64,000 nt of DNA from Bacilli bacterium (GTDB taxonomy: Bacteria; Bacillota_I; Bacilli_A; RF39; UBA660): contig JAFRVB010000005.1 of the NCBI GenBank assembly GCA_017441845.1, forward strand, positions 22,150 through 86,149. The letters are read 5' to 3'. Positions 40,039 through 50,940 of this stretch are shown here, piece after piece. The notes below the pieces were generated by a model, which saw only the letters and a list, made by a program, of their open reading frames with translations, ran no database searches and was not told the origin of the DNA. The position numbers were made by a program, and so were the translations under genes. How positions within the stretch are numbered: position 1 is the stretch's first letter; each line of letters begins with the position of its first letter.

Positions 40039-42093
40039 ATGAAGATAGTTTTACAAGATGGTTATAAAGATTGTGGAGTTAGTTCACTTCTTTCAATCAT
40101 TAGATATTATGGAGGAGATATCTCTAAAGAAGTATTAAGGGAGATGACTAATACTAATAAAGATGGTGTTAATGCTTTAAATTTAATTAATTCAGCTAAA
40201 GAGTTAGGTTTTGATGCTTATGGTGTTAATGGTGAGATAGGGTCTCTTACTAAAGAAGATTTACCTTGTATAGCTCATACTATTATCAATAAGAGTTTAA
40301 AACATTTTATAGTAATTTATTCAATAGATGAGTCTAAAGATAAAATAACTATTATGAATCCAGAATATGGTAAAAAAGTAATAAGTTTTTCTGAATTTAA
40401 CTTGATAAGTACCCATAACTATATAATCTTAAAACCTATTAAGAAGATACCTGTATTTAAAATTAATACTTTTATTATTGATAATATTATTTCTTTTATT
40501 AAAAAGAATGTTTTAATAGTACTATTAATACTTCTATTAACTATAATCTATTTTATATTAAATATTTTAGTAGCTTTTCATTTTAAATATTTAATTAATT
40601 ATTCTATTAATTTTAATATTAGTGAAAATCTATTTATAATTAGTTATTTTATATTAATATTATTCTTATTTAGAGAAGTATATTTTCTCTTTAGAAACAT
40701 ATTATCTATTAAATTATTCTCTATATTTGATTATTCTATTACTAATAAAGTATTTGAACAGATACTTTTCTTACCATTTAATTATTATAAGAATAGATCT
40801 TCAGGAGAAATAATAAATATTATTAAAGACTTAGGTATTATAAGAGATTATTATTCTAATTTTATTATTTATTTTATTACTGATTTTATATCTATTATTA
40901 TCTTTGGTATTTTTATGTTTAATATTAGTAATAAAATAACTTTATTTGTGTTTATATATTTTATTATGATGATTATTTTGTTTATAGTAAGTAAAAAGTA
41001 TTTTGAAAATAAAATAATCAAATTAAAGAAAATAGAAGATAGAGTAAATACTAAGTTAGTTGAAGGTATAAGTAATTCTCTTACTTTAAAGAACACTCAT
41101 TCTGAGAAAAGATTTGTTGATGAATTTTCTTCTAAATATAATTATTATTTAAATTATAGTTATAAATATCTTAGAAGTAATTTTATTTATAATAGTCTTA
41201 AATCTATTGTGAATAATATATTAATTGTACTTATATTTTTAATAGGTAGTTATTATGTTATTAAGGGAGATTTATTATTAATAGATTTATTTTTGTATGA
41301 GATATTTTTTAATTATTTTAATACTAGTAGTAATCGTATTATTAATTTTATAGGTAATTATAATGATTATAATATCTCTAAAAGAAGAGTAGATGATCTA
41401 TTTAATATAAAAAGAGAATACTTCTCTAATTCATATTATTATTTACCTCATAATATGATGGGTAATATTAAGATTAATAATTTATATTATAAGATTGGGA
41501 ATAATACTTTATTTAATAGTTGTAGTTTAAAGATTAATCAAGGAGAAAAGATATTAATAATAGGTAAAAGTGGTAGTGGGAAATCTACTTTAATGAAGAT
41601 ATTGATGAGATATGTATTAATTCCTTATGGAATGGTTAGTATTAATGATATAGATATTAATCATTATCATTTAGATTCTATCCGAAGTAATATATGTTAT
41701 GTAAGTAATAATGAATATTTATTCTTTGATAATATTTATAATAATATATGTTTATATAAAGATTATTCTAAAGAAGAATATGATCAAGTTAAAAATATTT
41801 GTTTAATAGATTTTTGTACTGATAAAGATATCTGTGAAGAAGGAGGAATTAATTTTAGTAGTGGGGAAAGACAAAGAATAATTTTAGCTCGTAGTATTAT
41901 TAAAAATAGTAATATTTATATCTTTGATGAAGCTCTTAATCAGATAGATATTAATAAAGAGAAAAAGATACTTGATAATATATTTAATTTATATAAAGAT
42001 AAAACAATTATAGTAATTAGTCATCGTAATAATAATAAAAAATTATTTGATAGATGTATTGAATTAAAGAATGGGGGTTTTTATGAGAGATAG
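40039..42093 (+). CDS. Bacteriocin/competence-peptide-type ABC transporter with an N-terminal C39 peptidase domain (LagD/ComA family)
   Basis: C39 motif QDGYKDCGVSSLLSIIRYYG; TM core; Walker A GKSGSGKST; degenerate signature FSSGERQR; Walker B IYIFDEA; extremely Ile/Asn/Tyr-rich. Confidence 0.7.
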   Translation: MKIVLQDGYKDCGVSSLLSIIRYYGGDISKEVLREMTNTNKDGVNALNLINSAKELGFDAYGVNGEIGSLTKEDLPCIAHTIINKSLKHFIVIYSIDESKDKITIMNPEYGKKVISFSEFNLISTHNYIILKPIKKIPVFKINTFIIDNIISFIKKNVLIVLLILLLTIIYFILNILVAFHFKYLINYSINFNISENLFIISYFILILFLFREVYFLFRNILSIKLFSIFDYSITNKVFEQILFLPFNYYKNRSSGEIINIIKDLGIIRDYYSNFIIYFITDFISIIIFGIFMFNISNKITLFVFIYFIMMIILFIVSKKYFENKIIKLKKIEDRVNTKLVEGISNSLTLKNTHSEKRFVDEFSSKYNYYLNYSYKYLRSNFIYNSLKSIVNNILIVLIFLIGSYYVIKGDLLLIDLFLYEIFFNYFNTSSNRIINFIGNYNDYNISKRRVDDLFNIKREYFSNSYYYLPHNMMGNIKINNLYYKIGNNTLFNSCSLKINQGEKILIIGKSGSGKSTLMKILMRYVLIPYGMVSINDIDINHYHLDSIRSNICYVSNNEYLFFDNIYNNICLYKDYSKEEYDQVKNICLIDFCTDKDICEEGGINFSSGERQRIILARSIIKNSNIYIFDEALNQIDINKEKKILDNIFNLYKDKTIIVISHRNNNKKLFDRCIELKNGGFYER

Positions 42094-42469
42094 ATTTTAT
42101 ATTAATTTTGGTATATTTATATTAATTATATTAACTAGTATTTTGGTAGTATTTAGTTATACTTATAAGATTAAATATTATCATTCTATTAATATGATAT
42201 ATATGTCTGATAATAAATATGATTTATTAGTAGATAATAAAGAATTAAAATTAATTAGAAATAATAAAAGTATTTATACTGATGATAATAGGTATGATTA
42301 TAAGATTATTAAGTATAATAAAAATATTATTCATAGAGATAAATATTATCATGAATTAGTTATTGAAATTAATAAGAAAAATAAATATAAAACTAATGAT
42401 ATAATTACTGGAAGTATTATTAGTAAAAGAATTAGACTTATAAATATCTTTAGAAGTGTTTATAGTTGA
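42083..42469 (+). CDS. Small membrane-anchored protein (possible truncated accessory protein)
   Basis: Overlaps the end of the ABC gene; one TM; very AT-rich. Confidence 0.35.
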   Translation: MRDRFYINFGIFILIILTSILVVFSYTYKIKYYHSINMIYMSDNKYDLLVDNKELKLIRNNKSIYTDDNRYDYKIIKYNKNIIHRDKYYHELVIEINKKNKYKTNDIITGSIISKRIRLINIFRSVYS

Positions 42470-43194
42470 AAATTAATAAGAAAAATGGTATTATAAGACT
42501 ACTTTTTGGAGTGATGAATATGTTTAATATTAAAGATTATTTATTAGAAAAAACATTTAAACAACAACAATATGATAATGAACTATGTTTTATAGTTAGT
42601 TATTGGTTTGATGATTTATTAGTCGATGAAAGATGTTTAGAGAATAATGAAGATAGATATAATGCGATGTATAACGGAAAAGAATATTATATTTATTTTA
42701 GTGATAATAAATTTGGATTTACTTTGATACCTCAAAGTGAAGATATCTTTAATGGAGATTTTGATGATGTGATTACTTTTAGTAAAGATAATAAATCAAT
42801 TAATTTAGAAATTAAAAATAAAAAGAATAATATTTATACTGATACTAATTATAATTTTACTCTAGAAGAATTTAACAATACTGTGAAAGGTTTTTGTAAT
42901 TACAGAGAATTTAAAGATGAAGATAACAGTATTTATGATTTTTATATTAAGAGTGATAAAGAACCATATTATTTCATTAACCATTATTTAATTAATGGAG
43001 ATGGATATTGGTATAGATCTGTTATTAAGAGAAGTGAAACTCAAGAAAATATAAAAGTATTTGATAGTAATAATAGAAATAGAAGTGAAAAGATTAATTA
43101 TTTAGAGAAAGCTAATGATATTAATATTCCAATGATTAGTGAAATGACTTATGATTTGAGTAAGAGAACTGCTCATAAGAAATTATCATTGTAA
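42466..43194 (+). CDS. Hypothetical protein
   Basis: ORF with no recognised motifs; very AT-rich. Confidence 0.35.
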   Translation: MKINKKNGIIRLLFGVMNMFNIKDYLLEKTFKQQQYDNELCFIVSYWFDDLLVDERCLENNEDRYNAMYNGKEYYIYFSDNKFGFTLIPQSEDIFNGDFDDVITFSKDNKSINLEIKNKKNNIYTDTNYNFTLEEFNNTVKGFCNYREFKDEDNSIYDFYIKSDKEPYYFINHYLINGDGYWYRSVIKRSETQENIKVFDSNNRNRSEKINYLEKANDINIPMISEMTYDLSKRTAHKKLSL

Positions 43195-43227
43195 TTATTT
43201 AAATATTTTTGAGAGGATGGTGATATT

Positions 43228-44172
43228 ATGTTAAAGATTTATAAGACAACAGCTGTTGAAAAGAAAATTAAAAAAGCTAAACGTATTAGTGTTGATTGTT
43301 GGATTGATATGGTATCACCAACATCAGAAGAAATAGATAGAGTAATTAAAGTTACTGAGATAGATAAAGATCTTATATTAAAGATGTTAGATGAAGAAGA
43401 AACTCCGAGAATTGAAGAAGATGATAATGCGATTTTAGTAGTAGTAGATACTCCTTATCTAGAAGAAGATGATGGTCATTTTACTTATAATACTAGACCA
43501 TTAGGTATTATTATTACTAATAATAATTATGTAATTACTGTTTCACCTTCAGGTACTAATGTTTTAAATGATTTTAAAAAGAATAGAGTTAAGAACTTTA
43601 GAACAGCGAAGAAAACTAGATTTTTAATACAAATATTATTATATACATCTTCTAGTTATCAAAGAGCTTTAAAGATAGTAAATAGAAAAATTGAAATTAA
43701 AGAAGAAACTTTAGTTAAATCTACTTCTAATAAAGATTTGATAGATATGTTAGATTTAGAAAAAACATTAGTATATTTTATTACTTCTTTAAAAGCTAAT
43801 GATTTGGTTTTAAAGAAACTTAGTAAAGGAATTGTATTACCTTTATATGATGAAGATGAAGATTTATTACAAGATGCGATTATTGAGAATAAACAAGCTA
43901 TAGAACAATCAGAAATCTATAGAAACATCTTGGGTAGTATTACAGATACTTATGCGACAATAGTATCTAATAATTTAAATCAAGTGATGAAATTCTTGGC
44001 TGGAGCAACAATCATTCTTTCTATACCTACAATGATATATTCATTTATGGGTATGAATGTTAAATTAGGGGCACTAGCTACTCATCCTTATGCAGCATTA
44101 GGTATTTTCTTAGGAAGTTTAGTAATTGCGATTATTGCGGTTATTTGGTTACTGAGAAGAAATATGTTATAG
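43228..44172 (+). CDS. corA: CorA-family divalent-cation transporter
   Basis: C-terminal 2 TM with FMGMN (GMN) motif. Confidence 0.75.
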   Translation: MLKIYKTTAVEKKIKKAKRISVDCWIDMVSPTSEEIDRVIKVTEIDKDLILKMLDEEETPRIEEDDNAILVVVDTPYLEEDDGHFTYNTRPLGIIITNNNYVITVSPSGTNVLNDFKKNRVKNFRTAKKTRFLIQILLYTSSSYQRALKIVNRKIEIKEETLVKSTSNKDLIDMLDLEKTLVYFITSLKANDLVLKKLSKGIVLPLYDEDEDLLQDAIIENKQAIEQSEIYRNILGSITDTYATIVSNNLNQVMKFLAGATIILSIPTMIYSFMGMNVKLGALATHPYAALGIFLGSLVIAIIAVIWLLRRNML

Positions 44173-44191
44173 TAATTATTGAGGTGGTTCG

Positions 44192-45028
44192 ATGCATGTA
44201 TTAGAGTTTACAAATATTTGGAGAGATTATTATAATTCTATTATAGGAGAATTTAATGATTTCTTATTTAAATATACTAATAAAAAAGAAGGATATTCTA
44301 TACTTCAATTTCAAACAGCTCAAGAGAATTATCTTTTAGGAGTATATTTTGATTTTCTAGCTAAATTAAATGAAAAAGATTCTTCATTAATAGATCAAGA
44401 AGAAGTAAAAGATTTACTTGCTTATGATTTTTGTAGAATAGATGATGAAGAATTAACTACAGATAAATATATTGAATTTAGTGAATTTTATTTATATAGA
44501 CCTATTAATTCTTATACAGAAGATAGATATAATTTATTTAAAAAAGATTGCAATTATCTACTTATGAATAAAGAAGGTTATTGTAATAGAGTTAGTTATT
44601 TATTAAATAATAATAATGCTTTAGCTAATGCTTATACTAATTATTTATTTGATGATGTAGAAAAACAAAAATACTTATATAAAAGAACTACTAAAAGATT
44701 AAATGATATTTCTAATGGAGATATTATTAAAGATGAAGATTATCAATTACTTATAGAGAATTATAAAAGATTATATCTAAAGAAAAGAGTATATGAAGAT
44801 ATTGTTTCATTACGTAGTTCTGATATAGATTTAGATTTGTTAGGTTATAATTTCAATTATTTAAATGATGTTATTAATAATAGTTTTTCTCCATATCATG
44901 GAGAAATAGAATGTAGGGAAGAATATATTCCTATAGCGATATTAGAAGATTATTTGGAATTAAGTGATAAACTTGATAATGAATATAAAATGATTTCTAC
45001 TAAAAAGAATAAAGTATTAAAAAAATAA
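44192..45028 (+). CDS. Hypothetical protein
   Basis: ORF with a gaggtgg RBS; no recognised motifs. Confidence 0.4.
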   Translation: MHVLEFTNIWRDYYNSIIGEFNDFLFKYTNKKEGYSILQFQTAQENYLLGVYFDFLAKLNEKDSSLIDQEEVKDLLAYDFCRIDDEELTTDKYIEFSEFYLYRPINSYTEDRYNLFKKDCNYLLMNKEGYCNRVSYLLNNNNALANAYTNYLFDDVEKQKYLYKRTTKRLNDISNGDIIKDEDYQLLIENYKRLYLKKRVYEDIVSLRSSDIDLDLLGYNFNYLNDVINNSFSPYHGEIECREEYIPIAILEDYLELSDKLDNEYKMISTKKNKVLKK

Positions 45029-45078
45029 GACTCATAAGAGTCTTTTTATATGATATAATCATTCTAGAAGGTGATTAA

Positions 45079-45777
45079 ATGTACAAGATTGGTATGTTTG
45101 ATTCTGGAATAGGTGGATTAAACGTCTTAGAAGAAATAAAGAAATTAATACCTAATGAAAATATTATTTATTATCAAGATTCTTCAAATAATCCTTATGG
45201 TGAAAAGACTGATGAAGAGTTATGGACTATTGTTTCAAATATAGTTGAATATTTAATAGATAAAGGTGTTAAAGAGATAATAGTAGCTTGTAATACTGCG
45301 ACTACTAGATGTATTAAAAGATTAAGAGAAGAGTATCCTGAAATAATATTTATTGGTACTGAACCTGCTATAAAAGTAGCTACTGATAATAATTATAAAA
45401 ATATTATTCTTTTAGGTACTCCAGGTACTATTAATAGTGATAGATTACATGAATTAGTTAATTGTAATCAAAGTGATGAAAATATCTATTTGATTGAATG
45501 TAGTGGTTTGGCTAATGCTATAGAGAATCATGATAATGATACAATTAATAGTTTATTACATAATTATTTAGATGAATATAAAGATAAAAATATAGATTCA
45601 GTAGTACTAGGATGTACTCATTATGGATATATAAAAGATCAAATATTAAATATCCTTGGAAATATAAAACTTATAGATGGTAATCTCGGAGTAGCGAAAC
45701 AAGCTAAACGCATGTTGGAAGAGAATAATTTACTGGATGGTACTGAAGAGGGGAAAATAGAAATAGTAGAAAGATAA
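45079..45777 (+). CDS. murI: Glutamate racemase
   Basis: DSGIGGL, ACNTAT and GCTHY motifs. Confidence 0.8.
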   Translation: MYKIGMFDSGIGGLNVLEEIKKLIPNENIIYYQDSSNNPYGEKTDEELWTIVSNIVEYLIDKGVKEIIVACNTATTRCIKRLREEYPEIIFIGTEPAIKVATDNNYKNIILLGTPGTINSDRLHELVNCNQSDENIYLIECSGLANAIENHDNDTINSLLHNYLDEYKDKNIDSVVLGCTHYGYIKDQILNILGNIKLIDGNLGVAKQAKRMLEENNLLDGTEEGKIEIVER

Positions 45778-45795
45778 GATACTGGGAGGTATATT

Positions 45796-47895
45796 ATGAG
45801 CAAATTTTTTAGAAATACTATTAATTATTTGTTAATAATGTTTTTAGTAATAATATTTATATATTGCTTATTTCAAAATCAAGATCTTAACTTTTTGGGT
45901 AATTCTTCGTATGTTGTATTTTTTCTTACTATTATAATTTCTTTTTTGCTTTTCTTTTTTATTCATCTTTTGTTTAAGAGAATTGATAAGAGTAAGCATT
46001 TAAAATTAATTAGAATTATAGCTATGTTATTTATTATAGTTATACAGGTAGTTATGATTTCTATTTTTGATGTTCAACAGGTTACTGATAGTTATTCTGT
46101 TGAAGATCATGCTTATCCTATAGCAGTTGGTCTTGCGAATAAAGTTGATCATTCTCTTGATGATTATTTTGTTGTTCACTCTAATAATAATTTTGATTTA
46201 GTATTAAACATTATTTTAATAAAGATTATTAAGTTTATTAAAATATTAAAAGTAAATGTAGGATTAGAAATATTTGCTTTGTTATGTATAGATATTTCTT
46301 TAATACTTCTTTATAAATTAGCAAGAGAGTTTTTAGATGAGAAAACTTCTACTAAAATATTAGTTTTAAATATACTTAATCCTTTAAATTATTTTATGGT
46401 TTTTTGGACATATACATGTGCTTATTCTGTTCCTTTTGTGATAGGTATTTTGTATTTAGCAGTAAAGCTCAAGAAATCAGATAAAAATATTAAAACTGTT
46501 ATTTATTCTTGTTTGTTTGCTTTGGTTGCGATAATATGTTTTTATTTAAGACCTGTTATTGTGATACCTTTAATAGCAATATTAATATGTTTCTTTATGT
46601 TTAAAGAAAAAGGACATTGGAAGAAATATTTGATGTCATTTAGTATTATATTGATTGTTTGTTTAGGAGTAGGAGCTTTAATCAATAATAGTTTTAATCG
46701 TTTAATACCTCAAGATAAAAATGATTGTTTTCCAGTTACTCATTACTTAATGATGGGATTACATAATAGAGGTGGTTGGAATTCAAGAGATGTTATTTAT
46801 ACTCAATCTCGTGCGACTACTAAGGAAAAGAAAGCAGCTAATATTAAAGAGATAAAGAGAACATTAAAAGAATATAAAGTATCTGGTCTTTTGGCTCATG
46901 AAATTGATAAATTACCAGTTACTTGGGCAAATGGTAGTTCTAGATATTATAACTTTCTTTCTCAAGATAGAAATACTAATAATTCACTAAATAAATGGGT
47001 GATAGGTGATAAGAAAGATTTAGTGGCTATATCTTGTAATGCATATAGATTACTTATTGTTTTATTTGCAATCTTTGGTACTTTTGTAATTATTAGAAAT
47101 AAAAAATATGATAAGTTATTTCTTGTTACCTTAACTCTTTTTGGAGCAATGTTATTTTATCTATTATGGGAATCAAAAGATGTTTATAGTTATCCATTCT
47201 TATCTTTATTAGGATTTATTAGTTGTTTAGGTTTATGTGATAAATTGAAAGATACTACTAAATTAGATAAGAGTGTTTATGTTTTAACAGCTATTTTGAT
47301 ATGTACTATTTTGTTTGCTTTAAAATATAATTTAACTATGGCTAATAGTAATATGAAAGATTATAGATTAAATGTATCACCAGCTTCAAATTATGGTAAT
47401 GTGGACAATCTGTTATTAAAAGATACTAAGATTACACAAAGTTTTGATATTGAAGGTAAATTTAATATAGTAGCTATATATGCTAATAAGATAAAAGAAA
47501 ATGATAATTTCTATAAGATTAAGTTATATAAAAATAATAAATTTGTTACAGAATATATAAAATCTTATAAAGATATCTATGAAAATTATATAATGTTAAA
47601 ATTACCTTCTGGTGTAGGTACTACGGGTAAATATAAATTAGAGATATCATCTGCTGATAATAATAGAAATAGAGTAGATAATCTTCGTTGGAAGTTTGTA
47701 ACTTCTCATGGATTAGATAATTATAAAGGAAAACTTAATATAGATAATAAGAGTAATTTAGGAGATTTATCAATTAAAGTATATAATAAATCTATTACTA
47801 GATATATGAGTTCTAAATTGTTCTTCTTACTATATATAGTAGTAATAGTATTACTATGTTTAGAATATAGAAATTTATATAAAAAAGAAAAATAA
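45796..47895 (+). CDS. Large polytopic membrane protein (possible membrane glycosyltransferase or polymerase)
   Basis: About 12 TM segments in the N-terminal half and a large C-terminal extracytoplasmic domain; no secure motif. Confidence 0.4.
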   Translation: MSKFFRNTINYLLIMFLVIIFIYCLFQNQDLNFLGNSSYVVFFLTIIISFLLFFFIHLLFKRIDKSKHLKLIRIIAMLFIIVIQVVMISIFDVQQVTDSYSVEDHAYPIAVGLANKVDHSLDDYFVVHSNNNFDLVLNIILIKIIKFIKILKVNVGLEIFALLCIDISLILLYKLAREFLDEKTSTKILVLNILNPLNYFMVFWTYTCAYSVPFVIGILYLAVKLKKSDKNIKTVIYSCLFALVAIICFYLRPVIVIPLIAILICFFMFKEKGHWKKYLMSFSIILIVCLGVGALINNSFNRLIPQDKNDCFPVTHYLMMGLHNRGGWNSRDVIYTQSRATTKEKKAANIKEIKRTLKEYKVSGLLAHEIDKLPVTWANGSSRYYNFLSQDRNTNNSLNKWVIGDKKDLVAISCNAYRLLIVLFAIFGTFVIIRNKKYDKLFLVTLTLFGAMLFYLLWESKDVYSYPFLSLLGFISCLGLCDKLKDTTKLDKSVYVLTAILICTILFALKYNLTMANSNMKDYRLNVSPASNYGNVDNLLLKDTKITQSFDIEGKFNIVAIYANKIKENDNFYKIKLYKNNKFVTEYIKSYKDIYENYIMLKLPSGVGTTGKYKLEISSADNNRNRVDNLRWKFVTSHGLDNYKGKLNIDNKSNLGDLSIKVYNKSITRYMSSKLFFLLYIVVIVLLCLEYRNLYKKEK

Positions 47896-47949
47896 AAATT
47901 CTTTTAATTGCTATAAAAATGTTTTATAATTTTATTATAGGAGGAAGAT

Positions 47950-49113
47950 ATGAAGAATAAAAATAGTGCTGGTTCCATATTATTATTTCCTATTCTTTTA
48001 ATTGCCGGTATAGGATTATTATGGTGGAATGAAGGAAATTATGTTAAAACAGCAAGTGCTATTAAAGAAGCACAAAGTGATTATTTAGAAATTAAAGATG
48101 CTAAATATGATGCTAAAAATGACAAGAAAGTTGTTGTTGTCAGTGGTCCAATAGTGGTTTCATCTGAAGCAGTTGATCAACAGTTTAAAATAAAGGATAT
48201 GACTGCTATATTAGAAAGAACTGTAGAAATGTATCAATGGGAAGAAGATTGTGATGAGGATAATCATTGTACTTATGAAAAGAAATGGTCTGAAAGTGAG
48301 ATAAGTTCTGCAGGATTTAAATCTGGACATAGTAATCCAAGTATGCCTTATAAGAGCGAAACTTTCTATTCTGATAATGTTACTTTAGGAGATTATAGTT
48401 TATCTAGAAATAATTTAGAGTATTTGAACGCTGATAGTCCATATCAATTAAATCAACAAGATGCTACTAATAATGGTATGACATTATTACAAGATAATAG
48501 ATTGTATAAAGGAAAAGATTTTACTCAACCTGAAATAGGAGATTTATTAGTTTCATTTAGTAAATTCACTTCTGATAAAGTTACAGTATTAGGAGTACAA
48601 AATGGTACTACTGTTACTAAGTTTGTAGGTAAGAGTGGAAAGAAAGTAATGTATACTATGGAAGGTATTCATACTGGAGATGAAATGTTCCAAAAACTTA
48701 TTGACAATAATAAAATGATGACTTGGTTATTAAGATTAGTAGGATGTATTTGTTTAATATGTGCAATTGCTTCTATCTTTGCACCATTAAGATTCTTAAC
48801 TGATCGTATACCTATCTTGGGTGGAATTGTTGGAGGATTAACTGGATTCTTTGCTTTACTTGTAGGATTAGCTCTATCAATTATAGTTATTGCTCTAGCA
48901 TGGTTTGCTTATAGACCTTTAGCAAGTATTATTGCTATAGTAGTAATGGCTGGATTGGTTATCTTATATATTAAGATGAAGGGTAAAAAAGCTATGGATA
49001 ATAAACAAGAGGCTGTAACTACTCAACAAACAGAAACACCACAACAACCAGTAACACCAACTCAAGAGGTACAACCAACAGAAAATGTAGAACAAAAAAA
49101 AGATGAACAATAG
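47950..49113 (+). CDS. Membrane protein (N-terminal TM, a large soluble domain, a C-terminal TM bundle, and a Q/T/P-rich tail)
   Basis: Hydrophobicity pattern only. Confidence 0.4.
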   Translation: MKNKNSAGSILLFPILLIAGIGLLWWNEGNYVKTASAIKEAQSDYLEIKDAKYDAKNDKKVVVVSGPIVVSSEAVDQQFKIKDMTAILERTVEMYQWEEDCDEDNHCTYEKKWSESEISSAGFKSGHSNPSMPYKSETFYSDNVTLGDYSLSRNNLEYLNADSPYQLNQQDATNNGMTLLQDNRLYKGKDFTQPEIGDLLVSFSKFTSDKVTVLGVQNGTTVTKFVGKSGKKVMYTMEGIHTGDEMFQKLIDNNKMMTWLLRLVGCICLICAIASIFAPLRFLTDRIPILGGIVGGLTGFFALLVGLALSIIVIALAWFAYRPLASIIAIVVMAGLVILYIKMKGKKAMDNKQEAVTTQQTETPQQPVTPTQEVQPTENVEQKKDEQ

Positions 49114-49132
49114 TTCATCTTTTTTATATTAA
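49100..49132. terminator. Bidirectional rho-independent terminator between convergent genes
   Basis: agatgaacaatagttcatct flanked by T- and A-runs. Confidence 0.55.
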
Positions 49133-50398
49133 ACTTTTTAATTTTTGACCGGTATTAGTCAGTCTTATTTTTTTGTAAGCTTTTGATTCGATTTGTCTAA
49201 TTCTTTCACGAGTAACACCTCTGTCATTAGCGATTTCTTGTAAAGTATGAGGTATCATATCATAAAAACCATTTCTTTTTAGAATAACTTCTTTTTCATG
49301 ATCTTTTAACACTTCACTTTCATTTATTATCCTAATAATATCATTGAAAGCAACTTTAGATAATATACTATTTTCAGTGTTTTCTTCATCAGGTATTAAT
49401 TCTAAGACAGTTGTTTCACGTGCTTCACCTATAGGGATATCTAGTGAAGTTGAACTAGTCATATAACTAACTTTTTTTAACTCTTGTATTTTTTCAATAT
49501 CTTCATTAAGTTGATTCTTATATAATAATTTAATAATTTCTTTTTGAATATTATTTTTATCGATATTTGGATTTTCTTTTTCTATTGCTTTTATATATGA
49601 GTTCAATTCTTTTTCGTCTAATTCAGCAATCTTTTTATTAAAATCAACCTTATCTGTATATATATATTTAGCAATTTCTTCAATAGAAGGATACTCTCCA
49701 AAGTGATTATAAGAGTATTCTTTTTCAAAGACTTCCATTTTATTAATATGCTCGATTGTATGAATTGGAACTCTAATTGTTTTGGCTGTATCACCAACAC
49801 ATCTACTAACAGCTTGTCTAATCCACCAAGTTGCATATGTAGAGAACTTAAAACCTAATGTTGGATCAAATTTTTCAACAGCTTTCATAAGTCCCACGTT
49901 TCCTTCTTGAATTAAATCTAAGAAATCAACACCTCTTTTATTATATTTTTTAGCAATAGAAATAACTAATCTTAAGTTAGATTCAATTAGTTTATCACGT
50001 GCTTCTTTATCGTTTTCATTTTGATACTTTAAGGCAAGACGTATTTCTTCTTCTGGACTTAATAATTTATTCTTTGTTACTTCACCAAAATATAACGTTA
50101 TAGCGGCATTATTTGTACTAAAAACGTCACTTGTGTCGATATTTTTTGCACTCGCTAATTCACTTTGATCAATTTCTTCAATCTCTTCTAATTCATCTTT
50201 AGTTACATCTATATCTTCATCATCAAAACAAATATCTTCTTTATTTATGCTATTATCATTAAAAATTAAGAATTCATTTATTTCTTCTATTTCTGAATCA
50301 TTAAGATTATATTTAGAAATTAAATCTTCTAACTCTTTTACAGAAATTGTTTCTCTATCACTAAGTATACTTTTAAGTTTTTCTAGTGATTCTTTCAT
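49124..50398 (-). CDS. rpoD: RNA polymerase primary sigma factor (sigma-70/SigA)
   Basis: Region 2 [33 protein letters not shown] and regions 3-4 are recognisable; acidic N-terminal region. Confidence 0.9.
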   Translation of the reverse strand: MKESLEKLKSILSDRETISVKELEDLISKYNLNDSEIEEINEFLIFNDNSINKEDICFDDEDIDVTKDELEEIEEIDQSELASAKNIDTSDVFSTNNAAITLYFGEVTKNKLLSPEEEIRLALKYQNENDKEARDKLIESNLRLVISIAKKYNKRGVDFLDLIQEGNVGLMKAVEKFDPTLGFKFSTYATWWIRQAVSRCVGDTAKTIRVPIHTIEHINKMEVFEKEYSYNHFGEYPSIEEIAKYIYTDKVDFNKKIAELDEKELNSYIKAIEKENPNIDKNNIQKEIIKLLYKNQLNEDIEKIQELKKVSYMTSSTSLDIPIGEARETTVLELIPDEENTENSILSKVAFNDIIRIINESEVLKDHEKEVILKRNGFYDMIPHTLQEIANDRGVTRERIRQIESKAYKKIRLTNTGQKLKSLI

Positions 50399-50618
50399 TT
50401 CTTATACCCCCAATAAGTGGACATATTATACCATAAAATCGTTAAAAAGTCAAAGAATTCTTACTATTAAAACTATTTTTTTAGAGTATTATTCTTATGA
50501 AAAACATCTTTTTTAATATAAAAATTTAATATTTAATAACAAGTTTTTTTGAATTATCTTTTTTGGTGATTTGTATTATTTTTGGTATTAATCTAAGATG
50601 ATGATGAAAGGAGGTAAA

Positions 50619-50780
50619 ATGATAAAATTAAATGAAAATGATTTAAGTAATATTAAAGGAGGGATGACAGTTACTGGAGGTATTGGAATAGGTATTGTAG
50701 TTACTGCGGTTATAACATTTTTATCTGGTATTATCAGAGGGTATACTAATCCGGAGGTGTGCAATGTTAAAGGAAATTAA
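50619..50780 (+). CDS. Double-glycine-leader peptide A (candidate class IIb bacteriocin subunit)
   Basis: aaggaggt RBS; leader MIKLNENDLSNIKGG; mature 38 aa, hydrophobic and G-rich (GIGIG) with one Cys. Confidence 0.6.
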   Translation: MIKLNENDLSNIKGGMTVTGGIGIGIVVTAVITFLSGIIRGYTNPEVCNVKGN

Positions 50781-50940
50781 TGATAAAGAATTAGAATCCA
50801 TTGTAGGAGGAAGCGGTTCTATTTCTTCATCAGTAATAAACGCAATAACTAATATCATTAAATTCTTGTATGATACAGGTAGTGGCGTGGGATCTGCGAT
50901 TAGAAGAATTCATGATAAAAATCTATGCCCAACAAAATAG
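50764..50940 (+). CDS. Double-glycine-leader peptide B (candidate second bacteriocin subunit); not in the ORF track because it is under 60 aa
   Basis: ggaggtg RBS; leader MLKEINDKELESIVGG; mature 42 aa with SGSIS/GSGVGS motifs and one Cys; overlaps peptide A by 17 nt; terminator hairpin at about 50943-50965. Confidence 0.6.
   Translation: MLKEINDKELESIVGGSGSISSSVINAITNIIKFLYDTGSGVGSAIRRIHDKNLCPTK

Noticed and set aside
50247-50516. 89-aa plus-strand ORF overlapping the rpoD 5' end and promoter region
   Set aside because: It overlaps the N-terminal coding region of rpoD in antisense and runs into its upstream region. Low-complexity Ser/Leu translation with no RBS.
50598-50618. MMMKGGK N-terminal extension of peptide A in the ORF track
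   Set aside because: These ATG codons are part of the Shine-Dalgarno (gatgatgatgaaaggaggt). The properly spaced start is the ATG at 50619.
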